From: Psammoneis japonica
Lineage: Eukaryota
Reading direction: 5' to 3'
Length of the DNA: 64,000 nucleotides
NCBI GenBank assembly: GCA_008632985.1
Contig: QPGO01000002.1
Coordinates: forward strand, 62,001 to 126,000
Shown: positions 1 to 12,017 of the stretch, one piece after another
Layout of the letters: each line of letters starts with the position of its first letter
How positions within the stretch are numbered: the stretch's first letter is position 1
Notes under the pieces: model-generated
Told to the model about the DNA's origin: nothing
Database searches by the model: none
Seen by the model: the letters and a program-made list of their open reading frames with translations, nothing else
Position numbers and translations under genes: made by a program

Positions 1-289
1 GGAACTGTCTAGAGAAGCTTTTGTGTGACCCAGAGACAACACCAGAATTCTCGCTGCCTAAAATTGACAAAAACGGAAATTTGGTGTACAAGAAAGATGA
101 GGACGGCAACCTCCTTGCAGAGCAAGACGAGGATGGGGGCGAATCATTTGTCCCAGACACAAACGATTTTCGCTGTTTCAAGAGGGGTTGCTGCATGGGT
201 GAAGGCAAGCGCCTCATGCCAGAAGACGAGTGAATGGACCCTGCCACTGGAACCCAGTTTGGTTTCACCATGCAATTTTTCAAAATTCC

Positions 290-1050
290 CCGGGATTGCC
301 ACCTTTTACCCTGTTTTTCCGCGGGAAGGGTGAATTCCCGGGGAATCGCCACGAATTTCCATTCGTCACATGTGTGCTTGACACATGAACAAAAAACAAT
401 GCATTGGCAATTCCCCGTGCTTCCCTTCTCGCACATTTCTACGTGTTCTGCATGCCGGCATGTGCAGAACCACACACCAGATGCGCAACAATCAACCATC
501 GACCAACGACCACAGCCAAAAATGGGCAACACGCCATGGAGCGTTCGCGCCCTGTTTGTGACGGCTCTTGTCAAACAAAAATGATGCCAGTCAATCCAGT
601 GAGTGAGATTATGATCAACAGTGCAAAGTGAAACTGAGCAGACGTGTGACAGATGATGTTGAGCAGAAAACCAGTGCATTGATCGTTGCACTTGTTTTTC
701 TTTCCTGTGGTCACAAATGTGAGCCATGCGGCGTTCATGGCAAAGTTAAAGGCAAAAGCAGAACCGCACATGGCTGACAAAAATGTGGCGGATTGAACGG
801 TCATGGTTTTTGTTTCAATTGACACATCTCATGTGCAGAATGAAGCGGGTCGTTTGGAATCACTCCGTTGTTGTGCAGCCACAAATGCAAACCATGAGGC
901 GTGTGGAGAGAAGGCTGAGGCAAAAGCAGAGCCTCACAAGGTCAATGAAAATGTGGCGGATTGACTGGCAATGTTTGTTCTTCCCTTTGACCTGTCTCAT
1001 GCACAGAATGCAGTGCATCATTTTTTCCTTCTTGTGTCGTGTGGTCACAT
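290..1050 (+). repeat. Dispersed repeat family A with internal ~180-bp subrepeats; inverted copy at about 15540-16260
   Basis: Blocks such as ccctgtttttcc..gggtgaattccc..gccacgaa and gcattggcaattccccgtgcttccc..cacac..agatgcgca recur as reverse complement at 16020-16205, with a partial copy near 14290-14390. Boundaries approximate. Confidence 0.75.
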
Positions 1051-1090
1051 GTGCAAACCACAACGGCTCTGGAGCAAAGTGCCCCATGCA

Positions 1091-1511
1091 TGTGCCAGGC
1101 GCTGAAAAAGAAGATGTGTTGCGACTTTGTCGTTGTGAAAAATGTGAGTTAGTTTAGAGCAGAAAAAGTGGGATCGTGCGAATGGGGAATCTTGCCAAAT
1201 CCCCATTCGCTCGCATTTGGATCGCATCAAATCGATCGTGCGTTTGCATTGTGGATCATGCGAATCAAGCCATCACGCGCCATGCACGAGTGATGTCATC
1301 GTGTGGAATCACACTGCCATCGTGGGCCAGATGACGGGCCAGTGTGCTTCACACGGATGCTCTCTTGGCATCCTTCTGGAATTGCCTGAGACCCAGAGCC
1401 ACGCCCTCCTGTGGTCGTGCTTCCCAGGTGCGTGTTAACAACACTGCGTTGCCACGCACAAGAGGCTTGTGCACGGTCTCGCCGTGTTGTCCAGCAGCGA
1501 GGCATGCTGCA
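1091..1511 (-). repeat. 3' LTR of gypsy element
   Basis: tgtgccaggcgctg...ggcatgctgca, same length as and near-identical to 5876-6296; PPT at 1512-1520. Confidence 0.95.
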
Positions 1512-1519
1512 CACTCCCC

Positions 1520-3008
1520 CATGATCAGGGCCGTTAAGTGACAGGATGTCTTGCTGGTGACAGGGTGCAATCTGCCGCAGATTGCATGCATCTGTCAGCG
1601 CTCCGTTCTGGATGCGCAACGTGCCGTTGTCACATGCACGGACAACTCTGGCGGGTCCTGCACAGCTGTCAGAACCGCATTTAGAGGATTGTTCCTGTTT
1701 GATGAGTGCCAATTGCCCTGCCGCACATTGACACTCCTTGCGTTTCTGATTTTCACACTTGTTGTTCAGGTGGATGAGCTTCTGCTTTCTGGTTTCTATG
1801 TGCTTCCACTTGGCACGATGGGCAACAGACAAAACCGCATCGCATCCGAAGACCAATTGCATGGGACTTGCACGCGTGGTCATGTGCACCGCAGCTCTAA
1901 CAGCGAAGGCCACTGTGGAGAGGATGCCACTCCATGGGTCATCTTTGTCTGGTTCCATGTCCTGTGCTGAAAAGGAACGCACCATGTTGCCAAGTGTCTG
2001 GTGCGCACGTTCCACTGTGGCGTTCGCCTGTGGATTCCGTTTGCTTGTGGGTTTCTTCAAAATCCCACAGTCATTTTTAATCATCTGGCTAAATTCTGCC
2101 ATAAATTCTGTCCCACGGTCATAAACCACCTGGGTTGGCCACGGACATCTGCATGGCCACGTTTGTTCTACGACGTTTGCTGCGACGTCTGCGCGTTTTG
2201 CAGACACTTCTTTAATCTCGAACCACCCGGTTGCTGGGTCAATCATTGTGACTGCCCATGACTGCAAAGTGTCTTTTCCGCGTCTTTGAATTTCACATGG
2301 CCCTGTCACATCAATGCACAGAGTCTCCCATGGAATTGTCTCAGCAACCTTTTCTGGCAGCTTCCCACAACGCTGCATTCGGCGTTTTGTCTTCTGACAT
2401 CGATCGCACTTAACGCACGTAGATTGCACCGTAGACCTCATGCCAGGCCAGCAGAAGTGCTGGGCAATGGATGTTTCCGTGCGTGTCTCACCTGGATGAC
2501 ACAGTGTCTCGTGGTGCCATTCAGTTAGCGGAACCTGCAATGACTGTGGCACTGCGATTTTGTCCTTATGACAGATTGACTGTCGTGATGACCCTCCCCC
2601 ACGATGCACGCGAATGGAGCAGTCGGACGAGTCCTCAGCTCGTGAGAGCAGGCGCTTGTCCTTTTGTTGTTCTTTTTGAATGCGCTTGAAGCTGACAGGC
2701 AGAGATGCCTCATCTTGAGCGTCTGCATTAAAAGCTTCATGCAAAGGACGACTCGATGGAGTGTCTTTTACATCCGGATTGGCCTCCGAAGGCAAGCTGG
2801 GTGCCAGCCGAAGGCGACTGAGAGCATCAGCGACTGGGTCATGGGTGCCCTTGACACAGCGTAATTCGGGACCGCATTCTTCGCATGTCAACCGCCAGCG
2901 CATGACGCACTCGGCATTGAATGCTTTGTGTGCAAGATTTTTATGATCAGCATGTGTGATTGTACGATGACCAAGGAGAATCGTTCGAAATTCTTTCAAC
3001 GTCTCCAC
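1520..3008 (-). pseudogene. gypsy pol: end of RNase H and integrase
   Basis: VADALSRL, zinc-binding HETLCHPG...C-x2-C, D(RGTEF) and NPQANATVERAH integrase core. The ORF reads through into the LTR because stop codons were lost. Confidence 0.9.
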
Positions 3009-3330
3009 AATGGCGAGTGATTCTCTCTGTTGTTGTGCAATTCAATTGCGCACTGTTGAGCTTTCTGCTGTAAAAGGCGATGGGTTTGTTGTCTTGGGAC
3101 ACAACTGCTCCCAATTGACATTTAGAGGCATCACTGTGCATCTCAAAGGGTTTGTTAAAATCAGGATGTGGCAACAAAACATCATCCGACATCACCCGTT
3201 TGATGGTTTCGAATGCCTCGTCTTCAACGGACGTCCACTCCCACTTGACAGTCTTGCTTGCGAGTCGTGTCAGCGGAGCCAAGACTTCAGAACGTCTGGT
3301 CCACGTGTCGTGGCAGCAGTTCACCACACC
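2947..3330 (-). pseudogene. gypsy pol: RT connection and RNase H (frameshifted segment)
   Basis: LAPLTRL...W...AFE.IK, HPDFNKPFEMHSDASKCQLGAV, PIAFYSRKLN. Confidence 0.9.
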
Positions 3331-4826
3331 AACAAATGACGCAGGTCGCGTTTGTTGGTTGGGGTCGCGATTCGCTTGATGGCGTTGACTTTGTTGGGTG
3401 TTGGTCGTGTTCCGTCTCTGTTGACCAGATGACCCAAGCACTCCAATTGGGTTTGACAGAAGTGAGACTTAGTTGCATTAACTTTTAGCCCTGCTTTCTG
3501 CACCCTCAACAAAACTTCTTCAAGTTTGTTGAGGTGATCTTCACAGGTGCCTTTTGTCACGACGAGAAGGTCATCCAAGTGCGTTCGAACGAACGACAGA
3601 TCTTCAAATGAGCCTGACATGCGTTCTTGGAAAATGTCTGGCGAGTTGCACAACCCCGCGGGCAATGACTGCATCTCATGCTTGCCCCACGGGAAGATGA
3701 GCGTGCAGAGCTTCTTGCTGTCAGTGTCCAATCGGATGTGACAACAGCCCATGTTTAAATCCAGTGATGCAGCCCACACAAAGCCTTCGAGCTTGAGGAG
3801 CATGTCTTGGATGTGAGGAATCGGACAAGGCAATCGCTTGATCCGTTTGCTCAGCTCTCTGAAATCATTGACAAAGCGCACCGCCAAGTCTTTCTTCGGC
3901 ATGACAAATGATGGAGCTGCCCATTGGGATCGGTTGACGCGTTTGAGAACACCGATGCGCACCAGGCGTTCTACTTCTTTACGCAGCGTAGCTTCGCACG
4001 CACGAGGTGCTTTACACGGACGAGCGTGACATGGTTCTGCACCCTCCTTGAGTTGGATGTGGCAGGGTTCTCCCTTCCATTCTCCCAATGTCCCATCAAA
4101 TGAGGACTCATGGCATTTCAATGGTGCCAAAAGGTCGTTTTGTTGAACTGTGGAAAATTCTGTTGCCCCTCGCGTTATGTCCTTGAGGCATGCCGGCGTG
4201 CACTTAGCGTCTGAGATGCGCAAAATCCGGTCGGTTTCCGAAGATGAGACTTCTGGATCTTGAAGATAGAAGGAGGTTTCTGCCGCAGCATCTACGTGCC
4301 TCATTGGCACTTCTCCATTGACCAATGGCCACTCTGTCATCTGTTTAGAGAAGACAATGTCAATGCCTTGTGTCTCCAGAACATCACGTCCAACAATCAC
4401 ATCATGCTTGCCCAACTTTCCGTTGTGCACATGGATGGCATGTTTGAGTTCTGCAGTTTCGCATGATTCTGGTAACCGAAATTTAACGGCACTGTCGTTA
4501 GATGCACTGAACGAGCCTGCTGCCGTGGTCCAGTTTGTCTCAGCCGTTGAATGGCTTCGCAGACGTTCACAGCATCGACCATTGAGCAGAGCACTGCTGG
4601 CGCCACCATCTGGCAGTGCCTTGATGGTTTGAGTCTTGCCCTTGCCATGTTTGGCATTCACAGCTGTGAACAAGATTGGAGTGAGATGAGTCTTTTTAAC
4701 TCGTTTGCGGGATTGGCCTGCAACACGTGTACGATGGTAACTCAGTTGTTCATCAACACATTCATCTGATGTGTCAAAACCACCTGCATCGTGTCGGCAA
4801 GTGTCCGAGTCTTCGGAATCACTCAA
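3321..4826 (-). pseudogene. gypsy pol: aspartic protease and reverse transcriptase
   Basis: ALPDGGASS (degenerate LxDSGA), WAAPSF..PKKD..VRF..DFREL, LDLNMGCCHIRL (=GYYH), THLDDLL (=YLDD). Confidence 0.92.
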
Positions 4827-5803
4827 GTTGAGGTCGCGGAAGTGATTGAGCTCCTCCTGCGTGCCTTGCGCTTTTTCTGAGCATTGGCAAAGAACTCCTT
4901 GACCTTCGGTCCGACAAGAGCATTGATGTCTTCCTCATTCCGAGGTTTTGCATCAGGCTTGCTGCCTCCGTCACTGGAATGTCCAGTCTTGACACGTTTC
5001 ACGTGGGTGTTCGGTTGGGTCGTGATCAACGACTCACAATTGTCCGTTCTACGTCCCCGCTTACGTGGGACCCCAGCATGTGGGTCGCGGCTGCCTTCGG
5101 CAAGCTCGACCTGCTCGGTGCGCTCGCAGAACTGCACAAATTCGGCGATGGCATGCGCCAACGGGTCAAAATTCTGCAACGTCATGAACTTCTGCCATGC
5201 GTTCGGCACACCGTGCTCGAACATGTCGCACAGTTCGTCATTGGGCAATGGTGCCGGTGCTTCTCCATCCTCCATCACGGGTGGAAACTGAGAGACACAG
5301 CCATTAATTTCAACAGCCCTCGCGACGTGGTCACAAGCAGAAACCTCTGCGGGCTTGCACATGAAGCGCCTCAGATGACGCTTCTGCAACAGTGCCGCCC
5401 TGTGTGGGAAGACACTTTCCTTTAGCTTCGCGACGCATGCTGCGTACGTGGCGTTGGTTTGAGATGCCTGCTCATCAGCGGCATTGTCAAATGACGTCAG
5501 AGCATCGCCCTGTAGCAGGTCACGCATGAGGGCAAATTTTGCTGGCCCGGTCGTCATGTTTTGTCCTTCATGCACGCGTTCCACGTTGCGCAGAAAGATT
5601 GGGAGTGTCTCGCATGTAGCCACAGAAAGGTGCGGGATGCCCATCTTGTGCATTGGACTGTCCGGATCAGCAGGGTTGTTACGCAGCTTGAACGTCTGGT
5701 GCTCGCCCTGCTGTGGCTCTTTCTTCTCCGGCCATGCGAACGGAATCGGCGGCTCAACCCGCTTCTTCATGGTCGTTTTGAGATTTGTCGGTCCTGCCAA
5801 CAT
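4823..5803 (-). pseudogene. gypsy gag-like ORF
   Basis: 326-aa ORF between the 5' LTR and pol; LLQGDALTSF...FP..A...QKRHLRRFM.KP resembles stramenopile gypsy gag. Confidence 0.75.
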
Positions 5804-5875
5804 TTCGTAGTTTCATTTCTGCAGATTTCGTTGCCTCGCACAACATGCAGGAGTGATGTTGCTGTGCCCTGTGTG

Positions 5876-6296
5876 TGTGCCAGGCGCTGAAAAAGAAGAC
5901 GTGTTGCGACTTTGTCGTTGTGAAAATTGCGAGTTAGTTTGGAGCAGAAAAAGTGGGATCGTGCGAATGGGGAATCTTGCCAAATCCCCATTCGTTCGCA
6001 TTTGGATTGCATCAAATCGATCGTGCGTTCACATTGTGGAATGTGCGAATCAAGCCATCACGCGCCATGCACGAGTGATGTCATCGTGTGGAATCACACT
6101 GCCATCGTGGGCCAGACGACGGGCCAGTGTGCTTCACACGGATGCTCTCTTAGCATCCTTCTGGAATTGCCTGAGACCTAGAGCCACGCCCTCCTGTGGT
6201 CGTGCTTCCCAGGTGCGTGTCAACAACACTGCGTTGCCACGCACAAGAGGCTCATGCACGGTCTCGCCGTGTTGTCCAGTGGCGAGGCATGCTGCA
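5876..6296 (-). repeat. 5' LTR of gypsy element
   Basis: Direct repeat of 1091-1511. Confidence 0.95.
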
Positions 6297-6824
6297 AAAG
6301 GCCAAGGCAAAAATGGAGCCACATGTGAGCAATGTCAACATGTGTGATTTAATGGTGAAGTTCATTCTTCCCTCACTCTGCCACAAGGGGCCGCTTTGTG
6401 TCGATTTGTCAATGCATCCGTCACGGTCGTGCATCGTTTTTTCCACGCGCCGGTTGCCACAAGGACAAAAGCACACCCGCCTGTTTACAATTGCCGCACA
6501 TTGCCGCACTCCATTTGTTTTTGCTTCCCCTCCCCTGAGCCCTTTTAGTCGTTCCTTCCTCCCTTGCCCTTGCCATTTTGGGGAATCCCCAAAAGGGCAA
6601 AACCAAACTAAGATGAACGCATTGAATGGTTCTTGCAATTGCAGGTTTGCATTGTGTGTGCAGTGTTGTCAAAAGACCATGTCAGCTGCATCCAACAAAC
6701 GGCGCCAAAGGACAACCTGAAACAACAACAACAAATGAAGGCAACACAATGTGCGTGACGCAATTGCTTGTTTGGATTGCTTGTTTGGATTGATTTCACT
6801 GGCACAGTCAGGGTTTGGCGGATG

Positions 6825-7265
6825 TGTTTGTTCACAGAGTCAATTGAAGCACAGCTTCGTAAACCACAGTTGTTCAGAGCATCAACAAATTTGTTCAGAG
6901 TTGTGATCTGTTTAAATGGAGAGGCTGTCGTCATCCATTGGGGATCCAAACTTTGTTCAGAGCTGTGCTCCAATCAAATGGAGATGCATGGGCATCCAAA
7001 CATTGTTCAGAGTCGTGCTCTGATTGAATGGACACAATCACAGCAGCGCTCTGAATGTCAGCACAATGCTCTAATTTGCAAATTGATGCTCTGAATGCAA
7101 TGCTCCAAACAAAATTCTGTGGCTCCAAATGACCAAATTTACTCTGATTGTGCTCTGCGTGGGCGTCATTGCCTTGGTTGACTCTCATTTGCTCTGAATG
7201 TCCCACATTGTGTCGGGATGATTCAAACAAAGCATGTTGCTCAGAATAAAATGTTCAGAGCACAA
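6825..7265. repeat. Cluster of short TGTTCAGAG / TGCTCTGAA motifs in both orientations
   Basis: The motif recurs more than ten times at irregular 20-60 bp spacing. Confidence 0.5.
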
Positions 7266-7327
7266 ATGAAGAGAATCTCATTTGCAGTGCAGCGGGAGAT
7301 TCAACCAATCCAACAGCATGTTCTGTC

Positions 7328-7786
7328 ATGCAAGACGACGATGATTCTTTCCCAACTGGCGGAGACAATTTTCAAGATTCCAGCTCACTCATGATGGGTG
7401 AAGACATCATCAATGTGGATGACTGCAAGGTTGCTGTTGATTCTCCAGAGGGTGAGACTGTTGCAGCCCCTCCTTTTGCAGGCAAACTTCCACCCGGCAA
7501 GAACGCTTCCTGCTGCACTCCTCATCAACCCGCACAAAATGCGCCACCTCCTGGAAACAACAAAGCAAATAGAAAGGTTGGCAAAGGAAGGGGGGAAAGG
7601 AGGTGTCGAAATTGTGGAGTGGACAAATCAATTGACACTTGCAGCCTTCATCACAAATGGATGGGATTTGACAAGGTGACGCGAAAGTGGACCATGCCCA
7701 ATGACGTGTGTGCCACCCCACCAAACAAACAATTGCCTGGATTCCCTGTTGTCGATGGCGTTTGCATGGAAACAGTGAAAAAGTAA
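7328..7786 (+). pseudogene. Hypothetical protein fragment with a CxxC...H motif, probably TE-derived
   Basis: Protein-like 152-aa ORF (acidic N-terminus, RRCRNCG...HH); no family recognised. Confidence 0.3.
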
Positions 7787-8293
7787 AACACGTCCACTGC
7801 TGAATGTCACCAAGGGTCCGGATTCAACAAGCAGCTTCATTCAGGAGAACGATGTCTGCACAACACCAGCAGATGAATGCTTGGATGGGTTCCCCATGGC
7901 CAGTGGGGTGCGCATGGCCAAATTGTGACAAAGTGGAGTTCACTTTCCCATCTGTCCACTCTGCTGGAGCAGAGCAAGTGCACCCCACATCAACCTGTGC
8001 GAAATGGTGCAAACCCCAGAAAAGATGCAGCAAGCAGAAAGATCAGTGATGGAAATGGGAACAAATGGTGCTGAGAATTTGGAATTTCATGCCTGAAATT
8101 TGGCATTCACGTCACAACGGAAAAAGAGCTGCTGTCCATGGTGGAAACACTTGGGAAATTTTGGAATGCACTGTTTGGCCAACACATTGACGTGTGATCT
8201 CCTGCACACTTCAAGCCAAATCCACCTCAATGAAGGTCAAGTGCAGAACACCCCACCCAATTTCTTCATTGCTGGACATCAAATCACATCCCT

Positions 8294-8402
8294 TTGGTTG
8301 GTTGGTCAGTGGGTTGGTTGGTCAGCGGGTCAGCGGGTCGGTGGGTCAGTGGGTCGGCGGGTCGGCAGGTCGGTGGGTGGGCGGGTCGGTGGGTCGGCGG
8401 GG
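8294..8402 (+). repeat. Degenerate GGTY-GGYR octamer satellite
   Basis: ggtcggtg/ggtcggca/ggtcagcg/ggttggtg units; related arrays at 10125-10500 (inverted), 12018-12146 and 14784-15266. Confidence 0.85.
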
Positions 8403-9499
8403 TTCACAAGACACAACAAACAGAGTCATGGGTGGGCAAATTGATGCAGCACACAATGAGGGCATGGCGAACATTGTCGCAGAAGCATTCAGCCAACTTG
8501 CTGTGAAGAAAGTTGAGCCTTTTGAAATCCTGCAACAATGTCCTGCTTTTAAAACAAGACAATGACATTTCCTCCAAATTGCCAGATGCAACACATCTTG
8601 CCAACACTTTTCATGGAGGCAAGCAAGATCAAAAAGTGCTCATGTCACAAGGACAAAATTGTCTTGTCTGAAGACGCTTTGAAAAAATTGGTGACAGATT
8701 GGCGCACAATGCGTGCCCACTTCACACTGAAAAAAAAGACAGTCTCGCAACACCCGCGCAGTTGCAGTGTAAAATGTGCAAGGCAAGACACAAACAAACA
8801 ACGTCACTCTCAAAAGACATTTGGAAATTGGAGCGGCCCTGTGTGGCCCACACAAAACAACAACAGTCATTGCCAGCGGCACAATGCAGACAACGTGGAG
8901 ACATCATTGATGCTGTCAATGTCTGTTGAACAACTCAACTTCTTGTCAAATGACTCCAATGTTTGATCTCACATTTTCCACTTTGTGCACTTTGTTCTGC
9001 TTTCCTTTGCGCTTGTTCTTTGAGCACAGTGCACCAGAGCAGATGTTTGAAAGGTTCCTTTGCACTGAGTGATGTTTTGACGTGTCCCAGAGAAACAGAT
9101 TGATGTTGAGTTCAGGATGCCTTGCAAAGTGCAATGTGTTTTTGCCAAAAATGAGCACAGTGCATTGTGCACACACACCACAGAAGGTGAAATGGTGCTG
9201 AACTTGTTGGCACCATTGGTTTTGTCATTCAATGCACAACATGCGTGATCACAGCCACAACTTGTGGCAGCAACTGTGGTCTTCCCAGGGCCAGTTGGTG
9301 ACAAATTGACTGTCGCAGCTGAGTTTGCGTCCAGTGCTGTGAAAGCTGTTGTTGGCAAGCAAGCTGAAGCTCAAGAAGGCCTTGAGGGAACGGAGCAAAG
9401 AGGCAGAACACACGGTCAATTTGGGCTTGCCTTGAGAGAATGTTGCAGCTGGCAACAAAATGAAACGTCTCACATTCAGCCAGCAAGCCAGTCATTCAG

Positions 9500-9661
9500 T
9501 CGGCAGGTTGGCTGGTCCGTTGGTTGGTTGGTCGGTTGGTCGGTTGGTCGGTTGGTTGGTTGGTTGGTTGGTCGGTTGGTCGGTTGGTTGGTTGGTTGGT
9601 TGGTTGGTCGGTTGGTTGGTTGGTTGGTTGGTTGGTTGGTCGGTTGGTCGGTTGGTTGGTG
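9500..9661 (+). repeat. (GGTT/GGTC)n tetranucleotide microsatellite
   Basis: Seen directly in the sequence. Confidence 0.95.
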
Positions 9662-9712
9662 ATGAAGGTTTGGCCACTTTGAGCACTTCTGAGGCTCAAA
9701 AAAGGGCCAGGG

Positions 9713-10077
9713 GATGCGCTCCAGCTCTGGGCGGGACCTTGCACTGCTGAACTGTGACATCAACATTTTTTTGGATTGTGCTGTGTGTTGTGCATGTACA
9801 TTTCTACGTGACTTTGGTGGAATTGTGCATCATTTTGTAGCACAATTGGTGGGTGATCCATTCAACAGTTTTTGACATTTTTTTCTTCTGCGTCATTTGC
9901 AAATGCATTGAGAATGGCGCAGGACAGGCAGATTGCCAAAAACTTTGAGTGTGGACAGGCACAAACACACTTGAAGATGAAAATGTCCATCAATGAAATT
10001 CTTGCACTGCAGAGCTCGCACGCAGAATTCTGCGAGCTGAGTGTCACAAAACATCCCACCCAGGACTGGAACCCGTC
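9713..10077. mobile_element. MITE with ~25-bp imperfect TIRs and a 4-bp TSD (AGGG)
   Basis: Left end gatgcgctccagctctgggcgggac, right end cccacccaggactggaacccgtc, aggg on both flanks; sister copy at 38612-39008. Confidence 0.8.
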
Positions 10078-10152
10078 AGGGACAAGGACAGTCAGGGCAT
10101 GGGATGAAAGGGAACTTCAGCGCCAACCCACCGACCCACCAACCCGCCGTCC

Positions 10153-10424
10153 NNNNNNNNNNNNNNNNNNNNNNNNNNNNNNNNNNNNNNNNNNNNNNNN
10201 NNNNNNNNNNNNNNNNNNNNNNNNNNNNNNNNNNNNNNNNNNNNNNNNNNNNNNNNNNNNNNNNNNNNNNNNNNNNNNNNNNNNNNNNNNNNNNNNNNNN
10301 NNNNNNNNNNNNNNNNNNNNNNNNNNNNNNNNNNNNNNNNNNNNNNNNNNNNNNNNNNNNNNNNNNNNNNNNNNNNNNNNNNNNNNNNNNNNNNNNNNNN
10401 NNNNNNNNNNNNNNNNNNNNNNNN
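10153..10424. other. Assembly gap (N run) inside satellite
   Basis: N bases. Confidence 1.
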
Positions 10425-11504
10425 GACCAACCGACCAACCGACCAACCGACCCACCGACCCGCCGACCCACCGACCCACCGACCCACTGACCAACCAACC
10501 AAGGGATGTGATTTGATGTCCAGCAATGAAGAAACTGGATGGGGTGACACCAACATTTTCCATCTGAGTGCAAATCACATTGAAAATTGTGACACTGTGA
10601 AGGGAGTCAACAACAGGACCAGCGGCCCTTGGATCACATTGTTGCACTGTTGACTCCAATCAAGTGACAGCCACAGCAATGTGTCCAACAAAAAAAATGC
10701 AACCCACTCAATCTTCTTCCTTGGACAAATGAGTGTGGGAAGAACCAGTGGATCTCACCGTGAAAAATCTGACGCAGTTCTACAATGTGTGAGAACCTTC
10801 GACCATCACAGTCTTTGGCGGCATCCATTTGAAAAAAACACTTTCCAATTGTGAAAGATTGAAGTTTTGAAAATGAAGTTGCTCAGCATGGGTTGCTCTG
10901 AGACTCGTTGTCAAAGGAAAAAGGGTCAAGTTTGACCTTGTCCAACTCTCAGAAGCTCAGCAAAATTTTCACACACATGGTGAACCCTTTGCTCAACATT
11001 CAGCATTTTGTCACCTTTGCAAAAAAAAATTCAAAAGACATTCACACAACCAGCACAGCTGCTTTGAAGGTTGACAACCAAAAGCCCTTCACCGCTTGAC
11101 TTGAAACAAACCATCAAGACTTCCACGCATGATGGTGTGCACCCAACTGCAAAGAAAATGCAGGCAACTCAGGTGATCACAACACTGAAAAAAAAGAACA
11201 TTGCAACATCTTGTCTCAACACACGTCGCTGATGTCAAGACATGCAGCCTCAATGATCTCCTGCACACTTCAAGCCAAATCCACCTCAATGAAGGTCAAG
11301 TGCGGAACAAAAATCTCCAAAAACATGAAGCGCAGCACCACCATCATGCCTGAAATTGGGCATTCACATCACAACGGAAAAAGAGCTTCTGTCCATGGTG
11401 GAAACACTTGGGAAATTCCAGAATGCACTGTTTGGCCAACACATTGACGTGTGATCTCCTGCACACTTCAAGCCAAATCCACCTCAATGAAGGTCAAGTG
11501 CAGA

Positions 11505-12017
11505 NNNNNNNNNNNNNNNNNNNNNNNNNNNNNNNNNNNNNNNNNNNNNNNNNNNNNNNNNNNNNNNNNNNNNNNNNNNNNNNNNNNNNNNNNNNNNNNN
11601 NNNNNNNNNNNNNNNNNNNNNNNNNNNNNNNNNNNNNNNNNNNNNNNNNNNNNNNNNNNNNNNNNNNNNNNNNNNNNNNNNNNNNNNNNNNNNNNNNNNN
11701 NNNNNNNNNNNNNNNNNNNNNNNNNNNNNNNNNNNNNNNNNNNNNNNNNNNNNNNNNNNNNNNNNNNNNNNNNNNNNNNNNNNNNNNNNNNNNNNNNNNN
11801 NNNNNNNNNNNNNNNNNNNNNNNNNNNNNNNNNNNNNNNNNNNNNNNNNNNNNNNNNNNNNNNNNNNNNNNNNNNNNNNNNNNNNNNNNNNNNNNNNNNN
11901 NNNNNNNNNNNNNNNNNNNNNNNNNNNNNNNNNNNNNNNNNNNNNNNNNNNNNNNNNNNNNNNNNNNNNNNNNNNNNNNNNNNNNNNNNNNNNNNNNNNN
12001 NNNNNNNNNNNNNNNNN
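11505..12017. other. Assembly gap (N run)
   Basis: N bases. Confidence 1.

Larger units (their letters stand above)
1091..6296 (-). mobile_element. Ty3/gypsy LTR retrotransposon, full-length, inactivated
   Basis: Two 421-bp direct LTRs (TG...CA), a polypurine tract GGGGGAGTG before the 3' LTR on the minus strand, and gag then PR-RT-RNaseH-IN order. Confidence 0.95.

Noticed and set aside
21..233. Acidic 70-aa ORF at the window start
   Set aside because: It may be the end of a real exon, but it is truncated by the window edge and no family is recognisable.
9500..9661. Telomere array
   Set aside because: The unit is GGTT/GGTC rather than TTAGGG-like, and the array is internal and embedded in repeat modules.
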